Of a DNA stretch of 64,000 nucleotides, positions 44,659 to 59,147 are shown piece by piece. A program made the position numbers and the translations under genes. Under the pieces are notes generated by a model, which was not told the origin of the DNA, searched no databases, and saw only the letters and a list, made by a program, of their open reading frames with translations. The stretch is from the human T2T-CHM13v2.0 reference genome, Homo sapiens: NCBI RefSeq assembly GCF_009914755.1, contig NC_060928.1; one strand, given 5' to 3'. Numbering within the stretch: the stretch's first letter is position 1; each line of letters starts with the position of its first letter.

Positions 44659-45091
44659 TTCTTCTTTTCCATTATTTTCACAATATTTTGTAAGTCCAAA
44701 AAATACATGTGAAATAGATTTGATTTATAAGGCATATTGACAAAACGAACCAGCACATATCCAATACTCTACACTCTGTTCCTATCCGTTTTCCCTGCCC
44801 CACCTTCTAGGTATAGCCATTATTCTGAATGTTTGACATCGTCCCTACCAATTTTAGTTGTATTACATGTGTGTACAGCCCTGAATACCATATTGTGTAT
44901 TCTTCCATTATTTAAAAATGTTGTTACACAGCCTTCTGGAATTTACTTTTTCACTCAACATCATATCTTTGAGAGTCATCGTTGTTGTATGTAACTGACT
45001 TACAATGATTTGTTGTATGCATATACCGTAATTTATTTATCCATTCTGCTACTGGTAGATATTTGAGATCACTCAGGTTTTTGATACTTGA

Positions 45092-45459
<368 letters not shown>

Positions 45460-46759
45460 TGAACACTTTCAATTTTAGTGGGAAGTCTTCTCTTTTTTTT
45501 CCTAAATCTGTTGCTTTTATATCTTCACCAATACTTGGTATTATTAAACTTCTTGATTTTTGTCTGTCTAGGGAAATGAAATAAAATATCATTCTGCTAT
45601 TAATTTGCATTTTCCTGATTATTAATGATGTTAGATACCTTTTCACTATTCTTGTTTCCTCTTTGGGGAAATGCCTGTAGTTATTTTCTTCCTATTTTTT
45701 TTTCTATGGCATTATCTGCATTTTACTGATTTATAGAAAATCAGTACATTTATAAATTACTCGTATATTCTGTATACTGTTTATTGGTAGTGTGTTGTAA
45801 ATAAATTCTTACGGATTGCGGCTTGTTTTTTCACTTCACTTATGCTGTCTTTCAGTGAATACAAAGTATTAAAATAGTGTGGATTATCAGTCTTTACTTT
45901 TATAGTAAGGTTTTTTGTGTTCTTGAGAAATTCTTCACTACTCTGAGAAGACTGGATTTTCCCACGACCATGTTTTCCTTCTTTTTTTTTCTCTAAAAGT
46001 TTTAAGTTTGATTTTCACAAATTCTTAATCTATCAGGAAATGATTTTCACATGTGTGGTGAGATAGGGATCCAATTTTATTTTTTCCACATGGACACTCA
46101 ACTGTCCCTGTTTACTGAATAGCCTCCCTTTCCAGTTATTAAATAGTATCCTTATCCCATATAATACATGTCCAAATAATCATGGATCTGATTCTGGGTC
46201 ATCTATTGTTTCACTGACCAATTTATCTATCACTGTGCCACCCCACAGCTTCCAACTTACTAGAGCTTTAAGTAAAACAGAATAGTTACAAGGCAGGTCC
46301 TCCCACCTTATTCTTCTTTCAGGAATGTTTTTTTGTTTCCTTGGCTATTTGCTTTTCACTTAAATTATATAATCACTTGCTATAGTCTACAAAAAGCTCT
46401 AGGGACTTTGATGAGAATTACATTAAATGGATAGATAAATTTAAGTGAGAATTAAAACTGTGATACCATGTTCCCATACAATAAAATTTATCTCCCGCAC
46501 TTGTGTAGATCAACTTTAAAACCTCTCAAGAAAGTTTTATAATTTTCTCCATGAAAGATTTCCACAAGGTTTGCTAGAATAAGTCTTAGGGAACAATATA
46601 TTTTGTTTTTATTATAAATAGTAACATTTTAAAAATCTGTTTTAAAAAAATTAGATATCTGAGATTAATATAGAGAAAATAAAGAGTATTTTATTGCTAA
46701 TCATATCACTAGCCACAACACTCAATTCTTATAATAGTCTGTATATTCGTATGGGAGTT

Positions 46760-46776
46760 TGTGTGTGTGTGTGTGT
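46760..46776. repeat. Short (TG)n microsatellite
   Basis: About 8 TG units. Confidence 0.85.
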
Positions 46777-48532
46777 AAACAAATTACATCATTTGAGACT
46801 AATGACAGTTTTGTTTTTTTCTTCTCAGTTTATGTGACTTTTATGTCTTCTTCTTGCTTTACTATGCTGGCTAGGACTTCCAGTACCATGTTTAATGGAG
46901 TAGTCATATGATGTGTCAATGTGCTCATGATTTAAAAATGAATTTTTCTAATATTTTATTATTAACAATGATGTTTTCTTTAGAATTTTGGTGAAAACCT
47001 TATCAGGTTAAAAGAGTTTCCTTTTATTACTTGTTTGCTAAAAAATTTTATCATTGACAGTGCTGAATTTTATCAAATTCTTGTTTTGCATGTACTTAAT
47101 CTTTAATGTGGTGAATGACATTTACAGTTGTTTAAATGTTAAACTACTCTTGCATTCCTGGGATAAACCCTTGGTCATTCATTAATTTTGCTTTTAATTC
47201 CCTGGTGTTTTCATTTGGGGCCTATTGCGTTTATTCAGGACTGAGACAGGACTATAATTTTCCTTTTTTTGTATAATCCTTGTCTGCTTCTAGTATTGAG
47301 GATTTCTTAACTTCAAAGAAAGAGTTGGGGAGTATTTTCTCCTTTTTAACTATCTTTAAAAGGTATACAAGACCAAAACAATTGGTACTTTGAAAATTTT
47401 GTCCAATTTGTCTATGAAACTAGTTTGGCCTAATGTTTATTATATGCACATTTTAACTACTAATTCCCTTATTAGTTTATATTTAGTGTATGTCTTCTCT
47501 TTTGGATCAGTTTTGTAAGTGCTGATTTTTCTAAGAATTTGCTGATTTTATATATATTGTGAATAACATAAAGATCTTGTTATTTTTAAAATTTCTTTTT
47601 ATTATAGTTATATTTTTGTGTTGTCTTTAATGTCTATGATTTGATAGCTGGTTGTGCCTTCTCTTCTTTACTCTCTTCAGAGGTTTGTCTTTTGGCTTGG
47701 TTGATCCTCTGTAGGTAACTTATTTCTGTCATTAAAAAAAAATTACCTCCTAACTTCTATATTCTTTGGTTTTATTCTGTTGTTCTTCTGTTATTATGTT
47801 AGATAATTAACTCATTAATTTTATTTTCTTCTGAATATGACTTTTTCAGCTATATACAGATATACTCCAAAGTACTGCTTTCACAGCAATTCACAGGATT
47901 TAATTTGTAGTATTTGTATAATTATTCAGTTCTAAGCATTTTTAAATTCTCATTATTGTCTTTTTAACCCATAAATTATTTAAAACTGTGTTTTAAGATT
48001 ACAAAATATATTGTTGTTGTTTTTGTTATTGCATTTTAATTGCACAGTACTTGGAGAACATGGTCTCAGAAAATGATTTTTATACTACCTGAGACCTGAT
48101 GTTGGCCTAACATTTGGTTAATTCTTATAAACGCTTCATGTATCCATTAGACATTGTATATTCTCTAATGGTTGCACATGGAAACCAAACTTACTAATCC
48201 TCTTGTTCAAATCTTCTTTATCTTTTTTAATTTTTGTTGTTTGACATGCCAGTAATTGAGTAAAATATGTTTAAATTTCTCCCATGGATGATGGATTGTC
48301 AGTTCTTCCCTTTTGTATTCAATATACTTTTGGTTGTTATATTTTAAGACTAATTTTTTCCACAGAGATCCGAGTTTAGATTTGTTAGTTTTTTTAATGA
48401 ATTCAAGCTATTATCATTATTTAATGATGTTTTTTTCTAATCTTTAACAATTATTTTGTCTTAAAATAAATTTTGCCTGGTATTAACCTAGCTACCCCAA
48501 CTTTCTTTTGATAGTATTACCTTGGTGTATTT

Positions 48533-48946
48533 TGTCATAGCCAGTCTTCAAGATGGCCCGCAGTGATCCCCAACTTCTGGTGATCATATCCTTACATAGT
48601 CCTCTTCCACAATGAATAGGGCTGACTGCCTAATCAATAGAACTTTGCATAAATGGCAGTACGGGGGTTTGGGCTCAGGTAATAAGACAACTTGGCTTTT
48701 TGGCTTTGAGGAAAGCCAGATGCCATGTTCTGAGGATACCAAGCCTGTAGACAGATTCTTCAGTCAAGCCTTGAGATCATGGGCATCTCTTGCGAGACCC
48801 TGAGTCAGAATCATTCAATTAAGCCTCTTCCTAATTCCCGATTCACAGATAATGAAATTTTCAGTTCACATTATGTCAATTCATAAACATAATGCATGTT
48901 TGTTTTAAGACAAAGTTTTGAAATAATCTGTTACACAGCAATAAAT
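48533..48946 (+). mobile_element. MLT1F-like LTR
   Basis: TGTCATAGCCAGTCTTCAAGATGGCCCGCAGTGATCCCC start and tgttacacagcaata end. Confidence 0.82.
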
Positions 48947-50200
48947 AGAGATAGATATTATTTTAAGGTAAGCATGTAATCCAATAATCTATTAATTGGG
49001 GACTTTATTGGTTTATTGAAATTATTGTTATATTTTGATTTATCTCTACCATCTTATTTTAAAAATTGGTCTATTTTTGATGCTCCTTTTCTCTTTTTTG
49101 CCATTTTATTTAATTGGTTTGTGTGTTTATTTCATTTTTTCCTTCTATGAGGTTAACATTTATACTATATTACTTTTCATTCAGTGGTTATTATATCATA
49201 ATCTGGACTTTATAATGTCTAAAGATATCTGTATCCTAAATATTAGAATACAGAACTCTCTTTCTGACTTACATCCTATTTTGCGCAGTATTTTAGAGTT
49301 GCCTTTTAAAATAAAACTATAGACAATTTTTTATGCAGACATATTTGTTTAGATTAAAATGTACATTTACCATTTTGTTTTTCACTATATTTTGTATCTC
49401 AGTTTATACTTCTGTGATTATTTTCCACCTTGTTGAAATACATCTTTTAGAAGTTCTTGAAGTAAAGAATTGTTGGTGGTAAACTCCATTTTTGTTTATC
49501 TGAAAATGACTCCATTTCACTCTGACTTTTGAAAAATAATTTTTCCAGGTTAAAAAAAGTTCAATTTTAGTTATATCAGCCCAGCACTTGCTGTTGATAA
49601 TTCTTCAATTGGTCTTATTTTTAGCCTTTATCAGGTGATAGTTTTTTGTGGGTTTTTTTTTTTTTTTGGTGCTTTTAATATTCTCTTTGATTTTGGTGTT
49701 CTCCAATTTTACCAAAACACATCCAAGTGTGGACTTTATTTAAAAAAAATTATACTGCATAAGATTCATTATGCTTCCTGGATCTGTGAATTCAAGTTTT
49801 TTTTTTTTAAACTTTTCAGTCACTATCTTTTCACATATTTTCTTCCTTCCATTATCTCTATTTTCTCCTTTTGGCTTTCAACTACACATATCCTAGAACT
49901 ACTCATTATCTTCTACATGTTTTAACTTCTGTTCTATATTTTCTATTTATTTATTTTTGTCCCTCTGCATTATATTCTGGACAATTTCATCAGATGCATA
50001 TTCAGTTCACTAATTATTTCTTCAACTATATCTAAAAATCTACTTCATTTATGGACACTTTTTATTTCAAAAGTTGTATATCTTATTTCAAGAAATTCCA
50101 TCCAATTTTAAAGTCTTTCTGATCATTACCAACGGTTGTGTATTACTTATTCATATTTGTGGTTCCGTATTTTATTTTCTTAAGCATTTAGGATACAGCT

Positions 50201-50689
50201 TGTAGTAGGCAGAATAATGCTCTCCACAAAGGCATCTCTGTCCTAATTCCCAGAACTTGTGCATATGTTGGCATACATGGCAAAGGGGAATTAGGCTTGC
50301 AGATGGAATTACGATTTTAATCAGCAGATAGGAAGATTATCCTGGATTTTCCATGTGGGCCCCAATATGATCACAAGAATCATTAAAAGTGGGAAAGGGA
50401 GACAGAAGAAGTGGGTTAGAGAAAGAGATATGACCAAAAAACAAAAAGGCATGTCAGGGAGATACAGCATTGCTAGATTTGAAGACCAATAAAGGGCGTC
50501 AGATCCAAGGAACATGTGTCCTCAAGAAGCTGGAAAAGGCAAGGTAACAGACCCATTCCTTAAGTTCTAGAAAGGAACATGGCCCTGATTTTAAGATATG
50601 TGACCCCAATAACTCTAAGATAGTAAATTTGTGTTGTTTCAAACCACTGTTTGTGGTAGTTAGTCACAGCAGCAATAAAAATGAATACA
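50201..50689 (+). mobile_element. MLT1D/E LTR
   Basis: TGTAGTAGGCAGAATAATG start, gaagctggaaaaggcaagg interior, aaatgaataca end. Confidence 0.88.
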
Positions 50690-50786
50690 TAGATATTATA
50701 TATTTTGTATCTGACTATGTTAATATCTGCAGTCTTTAAGGGTCTTCTGGTTGTTGCTCTTATGACTTACTTATGCTTGGTAATAC

Positions 50787-51170
50787 TATTTTTAAAATTT
50801 TTTAATTGACACATAGTAATTATAGATGTGGTGTATACAGGGCATAATGATATTGGAATACATATATAGTGATCAGATCAGGGTAATTAGCATATCTCTC
50901 ATCTCAAACATCATTTCCTCATGTTCAGAATATTCAACAACCTCCTTCATGCTTTTTAAAACTGTATATTACTGCTTACTATGGTCATCCTATAGTGCTA
51001 TAGAACACCAGAATGCATTCCTTCTATCTAGCTATAATTTTGTATACTTTAACAAATCTCGCCCTATCCCCCTACCTCATTCCCTTCCCAGCCTCTGGTA
51101 TCCTCTATTTTACTTTGCAGTTCTATGATACCATCTTTTTTTTTTTCTTCCACAGTTGAGTGATAACATT
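50787..51170 (-). mobile_element. L1MA 3' end
   Basis: ttttttaattgacacatagtaatt...gatcagatcagggtaattagcatatc...ccttcccagcctctggta. Confidence 0.85.
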
Positions 51171-51898
51171 TTGAAATAAACTTATATTTTTCTTGATCTT
51201 AACTTGTAGGACTTTTGTAAGGCCTTATTGAGGATGTTTTCCTCTTAAGCCATAGGAGCAATAAAACCCTGAAAATTGATCTAATTCTCTGAATAATTTA
51301 CTTTTATATGCAGATACAGCTATCTTTTTTAATTTAAAGGAAAAATAATACACAGTTACATAATTTGGGGAAAAATGCTTTTTATTCTTCAATTCCTGCT
51401 CCTGATTTCCACATTGTAATGTTCAGAGGTAAAAACAACAATAAAAACCTTTATATTTTTAAATTGAAATGTGCATGCAAATGAGATTCTGGATTGCATT
51501 CTTTGTGTTTCATATGCCAAAAGGAAAGCTTGAATGAGTTAGAAAGTCAGAAAATTTTGACTGTTTGTATAACCGATTGAGGGAGCTCATATTTGCTTAT
51601 AAACCTTTCTAGTCAGGGATTAATTCTATAGGATTTGGTTATCAAATTATAGACATCTGTTTATTTAACTTTAGCCAGTTCTTTTTATTTGTACCTCCAT
51701 GAGATTTACAGAATGGAAAGCAAAAACATGAAACTCAATATTATTCAGTAAGTTTTGCCATCATAAACTTGGGTGAAAGACTTGGAAGGTAAGACTTGAA
51801 AACCAGTGATGGAAATCTGATTTTATATTACTTGTGTCTTTCACCAATCCAAGTCCAACATACATCTTTTTCTTCACAAATAATGTAGAATTCTTTGT

Positions 51899-52196
51899 AT
51901 TTCTTTCTTTCTTTCTTTCTTTCTTTCTTTTTTTTTTTTTTAGACAGAGTCTCACTCTGTTGCCCAGGCTGGAGTGCTCTCTGCAACCTTCGCCTCCCAG
52001 GTTCAAGCGATTCTCCTGCCTCAGCCTCCCAAGTAGCTGGGACTACAGACGTGTGCCACCACGCCCGGCTAATTTTTGTATTTTTAGTAGAGACGGGGTT
52101 TTGCCATATTGGCCAAGCTGGTCTCAAACTCCTGATCTCAAGTGATCTGCCCGCCTCAGCCACCCAGAGTGCTGGGATTGCAGGCGTGAGCCACAG
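51899..52196 (-). mobile_element. AluS with (TTTC)n tail and ~20-nt right-arm deletion
   Basis: ggagtgctctctgcaacc lacks the usual agtggcgcgatctcgg segment. Confidence 0.93.
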
Positions 52197-52674
52197 CGGA
52201 ATTATTGGTATATCATATCAACTGATTGTATGGCTGTTATGTGTAGCTCTATTTAATTGCTCTGTGGGAAATACATTAAAGTTCTCTGCACCATCCTTGT
52301 TACTTAAGCTATGATCTGTGGTGAATGCATCGTGGGCACCTCTGGGATATCATTTGCAAGAGTTTGAGCTAGAATTTATTTTATTTGTTTTCAAGTACAT
52401 GAATTTACACTTTTGGAATTAAATCATCCTGTCCATCTTCCTTCATTTTAAGATTACATATACAATTTGTCTCCTATTTTATTCATCACAGTACATGCGA
52501 ACATGACAGACCTTTCAGTAACTAAGTCGGAGACAAAATATACATATAGATTTGTGTTGTGTGTACATGTCAGTGTCAGTGTATCAGATGGAATTATGTT
52601 TTAGATATCCAGTGTTGCTTTTGATTCATTGACTGATAGTTTTGAGCATATTCTCGCATCTCTGCCTTGCATCA

Positions 52675-53235
52675 GCTAGAATTCTTGCATCAGCCAGAAT
52701 GCTTTCTCCTCAAGTATCCTGAAGTCCACTTAAATTGGCTAAACAATAAGGAAATGCACTAACTTTTATATAACAGGACTTCAAAAGGCCAGGCACCTTT
52801 CCAGGTTGATTCAGTGCTCCCCAAGGTCATTAAAGACCCAAGTTCTTTCCACTGCTTGTGTCTGACACCCTAACTTTTAGCTTCTCCTAAAGTGCCGGGA
52901 AGCTGTCTGTATCTGTTCCAGGTATCACTTATGCACATGAAAATGTCAGGAGGAAGGAAAGGAATGACTTTTAACATGACTCTCTTCTAACAGAGAAAGA
53001 ATGTTTCTCAGGAGTCAGATATTCTTCTTGTCTCATTGGCAGAATGGAGCAAACTGCCCACTCCTGAATCAGTCATTGGCAATGAGGTCGGGGTCATTCT
53101 TAGAACAGTCATTCCTGCTCTTAGAGCAGGGAGTGTGGTCAGTCTCCACGGAAGCACGCAGATGACTGTGGGAAGATTCTATTAGGAAAAGAAAGGGAGG
53201 AATTGATAATGGGTAGGCAAACAAGTGTCAACTAC
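52675..53235 (-). mobile_element. MLT1K-like LTR
   Basis: tggctaaacaataagg...gtcattaaagacccaagttctttcca...tctcattggcagaa...tgggtaggcaa. Confidence 0.72.
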
Positions 53236-54011
53236 ATCATTAAAATATTTGATTTATTTCTTTAGACAGCAGATTGTTATAGGGAACACATATAATCTCA
53301 AAATTAAAACTTCTCATGTATATTCTTAATACATATTTTGAGATGGACAGTACCTGAACTGCTAACTTTCTTGCTATATGATTGGAAAGGAGTTTTAGGA
53401 CTTAAAGAAGGCATCATTGGTCACTCAAAGAATTTTGCAATAAATCAAATCATGGGAGTGAAACACCAAAAATATATTAGCACTTCTGAGCATTGCTTTC
53501 ACTTTCCAGGCAAGTGTTCAACCGAAACTAAAAACCTTATTTTGTAAATAGAGTATTAATGCTTCAGGAGGAGAGATAAGGCAGCCATTATTAAAGGTGT
53601 GGTCACAGTTGTTTCAGGTTATTAACATTCCTCAAAGCTTGCATTAGAAAATAGTTTAGAAAATGTGTCCTAATCTTCTGGATGACAATATATTAACAAC
53701 AACAACAACAACAGCAAAGCAGAAAAGTCAAGGGAAAGTAAATATATATATCCAGATAATGTAATAATGTATGTGTATATATACAAACACATTACCTATA
53801 TACCTCCAGACAATGGAATAAAGTACAGCCTTTAAAATCACATTTTAAAGAATACCAAATGACATAGAGGAAAATGTACAATGTAGTATTAATTAAAAAG
53901 CAGGATCAAAAGAAAACTCATATTATGATCTCGTCAGTAAACTAATTAGAAAGATGCAAAAAATTTTAATTTTTTTCTCTATGCATGGTATGGCTTCTAA
54001 AATTTTAACAG

Positions 54012-54380
54012 CTGTGATAGATTGTATTGTTACCATGTGTTCTCTGCCCTCCATGTCACATAATTGTACTTTTGCACTCTATCTCTCAGGTAGGTGACTT
54101 GTTTTGCTCAATTGTGAGTGAAGTGATTTCTGCCATGTCTGAGTAAAAGCTCAAGAACCACCCTGAGGCTCTGTTCTTGCTTCTCTTCTAACAGCTATGA
54201 GCTCAGTGTGTCCAGAAACGGGTCATTCATGACTGTGGACCCCTGAATTAACAACACACATGGAGATCACATGCAATGTAGACAAGAAATAAACCATGGT
54301 TGTTAGAAGCCATTGGCTTTTATTGTTGTTAGAAGCCATTGGCTATTTCTTACCTCAGCATAACCTAGCAAAAGTTGCAT
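54012..54380 (+). mobile_element. MLT1I/J-like LTR
   Basis: tgtgatagattg start, gtgacttgttttgctcaa, agaaataaacc and cagcataacctagc end. Confidence 0.65.
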
Positions 54381-57026
54381 AATAAGGAAATTTATAAACT
54401 TTTGTGTTCAATTCAGAAAAATAATAAATAATATAAATATCATACCATGCAAATCAATTTTATTTAAAAATCACATCATAAACACTTTCAGGAGGAGGAA
54501 CATGAATATGCGGTGCCCTCTGGAGCTCAGGTAGAGTAAAAGGAAGAGGACTTGTTCTAAGCCCGTTTGCACACTTTTACTGTGCAGTGCTGGAGTTTTC
54601 TTTTTGGGATTAACGTCCTTGATTCATCTGGTTTCGCTCTTCCTTGTGAATGCTTCCACTGTCCATAATCAATTATAGATAATCCAGCAAAATACTTAGA
54701 TAACTTCTATATTTACTTCCTCACTTGGCATCCCTCCTTCTCCTCTTCTACCCACTTTAGTGTCTAACCATCAAACGTTTTTGATAATGTCCTGTCAGGT
54801 CAAATGGTCATACTTAGTCCTCATCTCTTTGGCTTCTTTTAGCCCTTGAGTCAGGTGTGCACCCCTGTTTTTATTGAAACTTCTCCTCGCTGGGTCCATG
54901 TGGCACCATGATATTTTGTCTCTTCCTATGTTGCTGGGACCACTCCTCTTTGTCTGTTCACCTGGCATTTCCTTATTTTCGCTTCCCTTACACTCATGTG
55001 TGCTTTTAGCTTTTTTCTTTCTCCTTTTATTTTTCTGACAATAGCTTCTTTGCCACACTTATCCATTCATTTCAGAGATGTATAGAGGAATGAGCCATGT
55101 ATTTGTGAGTTGCTTTCATCTATTTTACTGGGAAACAGTGGCATAGCTCTTGGTACATAAATCCCTCAGAAGGCTGTATTGCATCTCTAAGATTAGTATA
55201 ACATTACACCACTGGAATTAAATCAGTCTTCATTCACTAGTGAACAATGTTCTCATGGGTGAAATTACTCTAAAAATGATCCCATGAGAGTTTTAATATC
55301 TAATCTTATTTTCTGGGTTCTTTTCACCTATGATATACAATTGCTATTTCTTATAAACAAACTACTCAATAAGAAACATTACTGATCTTGGCAAGATATA
55401 ATAAGTTATGTAACTGCTTGGGATTCCAAATAGGAATTCATGGACTGTTATATCCACATAGAAAGAGAGCCAAAATTGAAGTTAATGATTTTATAGGGGC
55501 CACAACAACAACACATATGCTGAGAGATATTTCTTTTGAGTGAAGCAATGGAAGCTCCTATAAAACTGCCTTTTCCCAGTCACTCTATTGGAAACTAATT
55601 AATAATTTTTTCCATTTTAAGCATTTTTGAAGAAATAACATCTTTACTTATAGTCAGAAAAATTCATATTCTCATTGAAATTATTTAGTGTGATTATCCA
55701 TCTTCACATACAACTCTGTCCTTGAGAGATGAAATGTATCATGCTTTTAACGACCTCTAGAGAAAAAGATTTCAGAGCTTACTTTTGGTGACTTATTCCA
55801 ATGACTAAATCCCTTCAGGAAATTATTTTTCATCTAACCTCAGTACTTCATAATATGCTTAAATGTTTCCTTTTACTATGTCCTTGCTGAAAATGTCTAT
55901 AAAATAACTGTAAACTGGAAACCCATTTTAAAAAATTACTCCTTGCCCACTTTCTTTAATTCAACTCCAGTCTTGGAAAAAAAAAAGTCTTAAATCATTT
56001 CTGAGATACTCTGAATGCTTTCCAAATAAGGTGCCCATTTTATCTTTAATTTTAAAAATTTTGCATATACAAATTTATTTTTCTTTTTACAGTTTTATAG
56101 TTCAGAGTATTTGATATTGTTTTAAATAGAATATATGCTATTATAAGATATAAGCATTTAACTAGACTTTAAAAATGCTTTTTTAACAACTGAACCTCCC
56201 GTCAAGTTTACACCAATAACTGTCAAAACAAAAAGATGGTCTAAGACTCTTTTTGTGCTGTTAATTCTTTTTAACTTCCTGACTTTTGTGGCTGTTGTTA
56301 CTCTTAGGCAGGATTATCACGGTGTAACATAAATAAGAGATTAACTTTACAGTCACTCTCCATTCACCATAAAACTCCTTGACCTACTCAAGTCCAGTAG
56401 GGTCAGCGTTTTCTTTGGCCAGCTTGAGTGGTTGGCTTTGGGACTGTGGGGCTCACGCCATGGAATACTGTCAGCACAAGGGATATCCTTTGGAAAATAA
56501 CAAAAACTCACTCTCTCACTTTTTTTTTTTCCTTTGCCTACAAACCCAGGGAAACTCTCATTCCTCAATTCATTAATGACAAAGAGTCTAAAGAAGTTTG
56601 TAAGGACAAAGAAAAGCTCTGCTAATTAACCATTGTAATGTAATCATAATCAAGATTTACTAAGTACTTTTTGTGCCAGGTAGCACATAGATTGCACAAA
56701 AGACAGTTTCTGCTGACAAGTTTTCTGCCAGCCCTGGGTCTCAAGCCTCAACAGTCTGACGATTTGTGCCAAAGGCTTCTGATTAATTAGGAAAATTCAA
56801 CAAGCGTTTATGAAAATGCCACCCTCCCCACCCAAGTCATTTAGATATAAGGTAGTGTTTTCCTGTTATATTTCCAGTAAACAAAAGGATATTGGTTGAT
56901 TGTTGGAGGGGAGTTGATTGTAACCTTTTGGCTCTAAATAAATAATAAGCCTGTGTCTTAATTTCATTTAATGGCTTGGAATTCCTAAGCTATGGAGTTC
57001 GTGAGAGAAGCAGAGGAAGTACACAC

Positions 57027-57029
<3 letters not shown>

Positions 57030-57065
<36 letters not shown>
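57030..57065. repeat. Poly(A) run of 36
   Basis: Uninterrupted A run with no adjacent Alu or L1 body. Confidence 0.95.
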
Positions 57066-57066
<1 letters not shown>

Positions 57067-59147
57067 AGGGAAAGAGACCTGTTGAACCCCAAGTGGCTTC
57101 CTTTTCCCAGCATTAATTTGCAGGTGGACTAAATCCACAGCCACTCCTCATGACAAACAGATGAACTGAATAATTTCCAGTTGTCTCTCATGCTATCTTT
57201 GAGCCTGGGAGCAGGTTGTACATACCCTCAACTGAATCAATGAGGGGAGCAGTGTTGAGGGGCTTTGGACTAAACGAGATTAGAATTACTGAGAAGTTGA
57301 TAGAGACGGATGTTTTCAGTTACAATTTTAACTAGACATAATGGCTTCCCCACAGGAAAGTTCATGAATCCATAAACCTAGTCCAGTGCTCCCTTACAGG
57401 AAAGGAGCTGTTTATTAGTGGGGTCCATGCCACCTGCTCAGCTATCAAGTGCACATTTGTTCTCTTGGGAACAGTAGGGTGGAGTAGTTACTAGAAACAG
57501 GGCTGGGAGCCAGCAGTATTCCACTTCCAAATTCTGGCTGACTCCTCTAGTGACCTCTGTCTAGTCCCTTCAATAAAGCTAACCACTGCTTATTTCAAAC
57601 TGAAGCCAGATGGGTAGTGTCTTGGGAAATATCCACACTTCACTGGGATTTCTTTGCCACAGGATTCATTCAAAATTATCCTTGTAATCAACAAATATTT
57701 ATTGAATATCTTCTATTAACATGCATTAATAAATGAGTCAAAGGGGCATGCTATACCTGGATTTACATGATGTGATTCTAAAAACCAATTTCTTTTTAGA
57801 AAGATTGTTGTGTACACTGTTTTGTAAAGCATGGGATTTTTGAGGAAGAATTTATGTAAATTCATCGATCTATCTAAGATTTCTATAAGATTTCTATAAA
57901 TTGAATTAGCCCTGTAGCAGTTATTAGGTGTGGTCCATAGCATACAAAATTAATTTTAAAGATAAACATCAGTGACAAAACAGAGCACAATTTTTTTCCC
58001 CTACAAAGAATCAGGATGCTAACATACAAATTCTTTTTTATTGTTGCTATTAGAACAGAGGGAAAAAAAGGTCCCCGACCTTGGAACCCTATGTTTGTGC
58101 AATTAGAATCATGCGGGTGAACAATAACAAAATATTCTCCCCACCCTCTGAAGGGGGTGACAGCTCCTGGGCACAGTGATACTCCATAAACAGCCCAAGT
58201 GGCAGAACATCCCTAGCAGCAGAATCCACTGGCTGCTTCCCAATCTGAATGTTTTTGTACTATCCTTGACTTCTACAGTTGGCAGAGAGAGGGAAAAAAA
58301 TGTTTCAGAAAGTAGAGATGTTGAAGGGATGGATGTCCAGAAATGGAAGATGGGGAAAGAGAAATGTTTCTCTCACACTTTGTGATGCATCGGAAACAAT
58401 AACGTGGTCACTTTAGAGATCCCAAATGTTTTAGAAGTGCAGAAGGTAACAAAAACCTCCTGATATTTCAAAATGCAAATCACCCAGCTTCATCTCTTTT
58501 TAAGAACCTTCGCATTACTGTAGGGTACAAATAGAGAAACAAGTACAACTACAGTCCCAGCGAAACATACTCAGACTCTCATAAAAACTCCACTGGTGAA
58601 AACAGTTACTCGAAGAAGCCAAGTTAATCCTGTGCCTGAGTCCTCCGAGTCCTGCTAAGACAGCTCTGGCCAGTGACATTCACCCATAGTGCATTCCTCT
58701 CGGCCCACCTGCTGCCGTAGGATCCTAGTTTTTCAAGCCCTCAATGAAGTAAAGAGCTAGAGTTGAAGATGGAAGGCAACATACAGCTAGAAGCACAAAA
58801 CATGAGCATATACTGTTGGCCAGAGTCTTTCAGCAGCTGGTTTTTCTATGACTCAGTTCCCCATTCTAAGAACGAGTCTACCAGAAATATTTTCTTATCA
58901 CAAATATCTTATTGACAGCCTCAGGCAAAGCAAATGAGAAATAAGCCAGAAAGAAATAGGTCTGAATTGATCCCAAAGAGAAACTAGCCTTTTCCAGTCA
59001 TGTATCAGGGATTTGCATGGTAGATGTAGGTCATCTGAGAGGGCTCTAAGCTCTGCCCTATGAACACAATGCTTTCTTTTCCTGGTTTTGCATATGTAAC
59101 ATCATTGTCCTCAGAAGTCATCAAGTCCCCATTAGCTTGATGGGATG

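Noticed and set aside
52666-52700. Small tandem duplications (CTTGCATCAGC(T/C)AGAAT x2; also near 12058-12111, 29983-30001 and 57876-57899)
   Set aside because: Ordinary slippage micro-duplications with no further structure.
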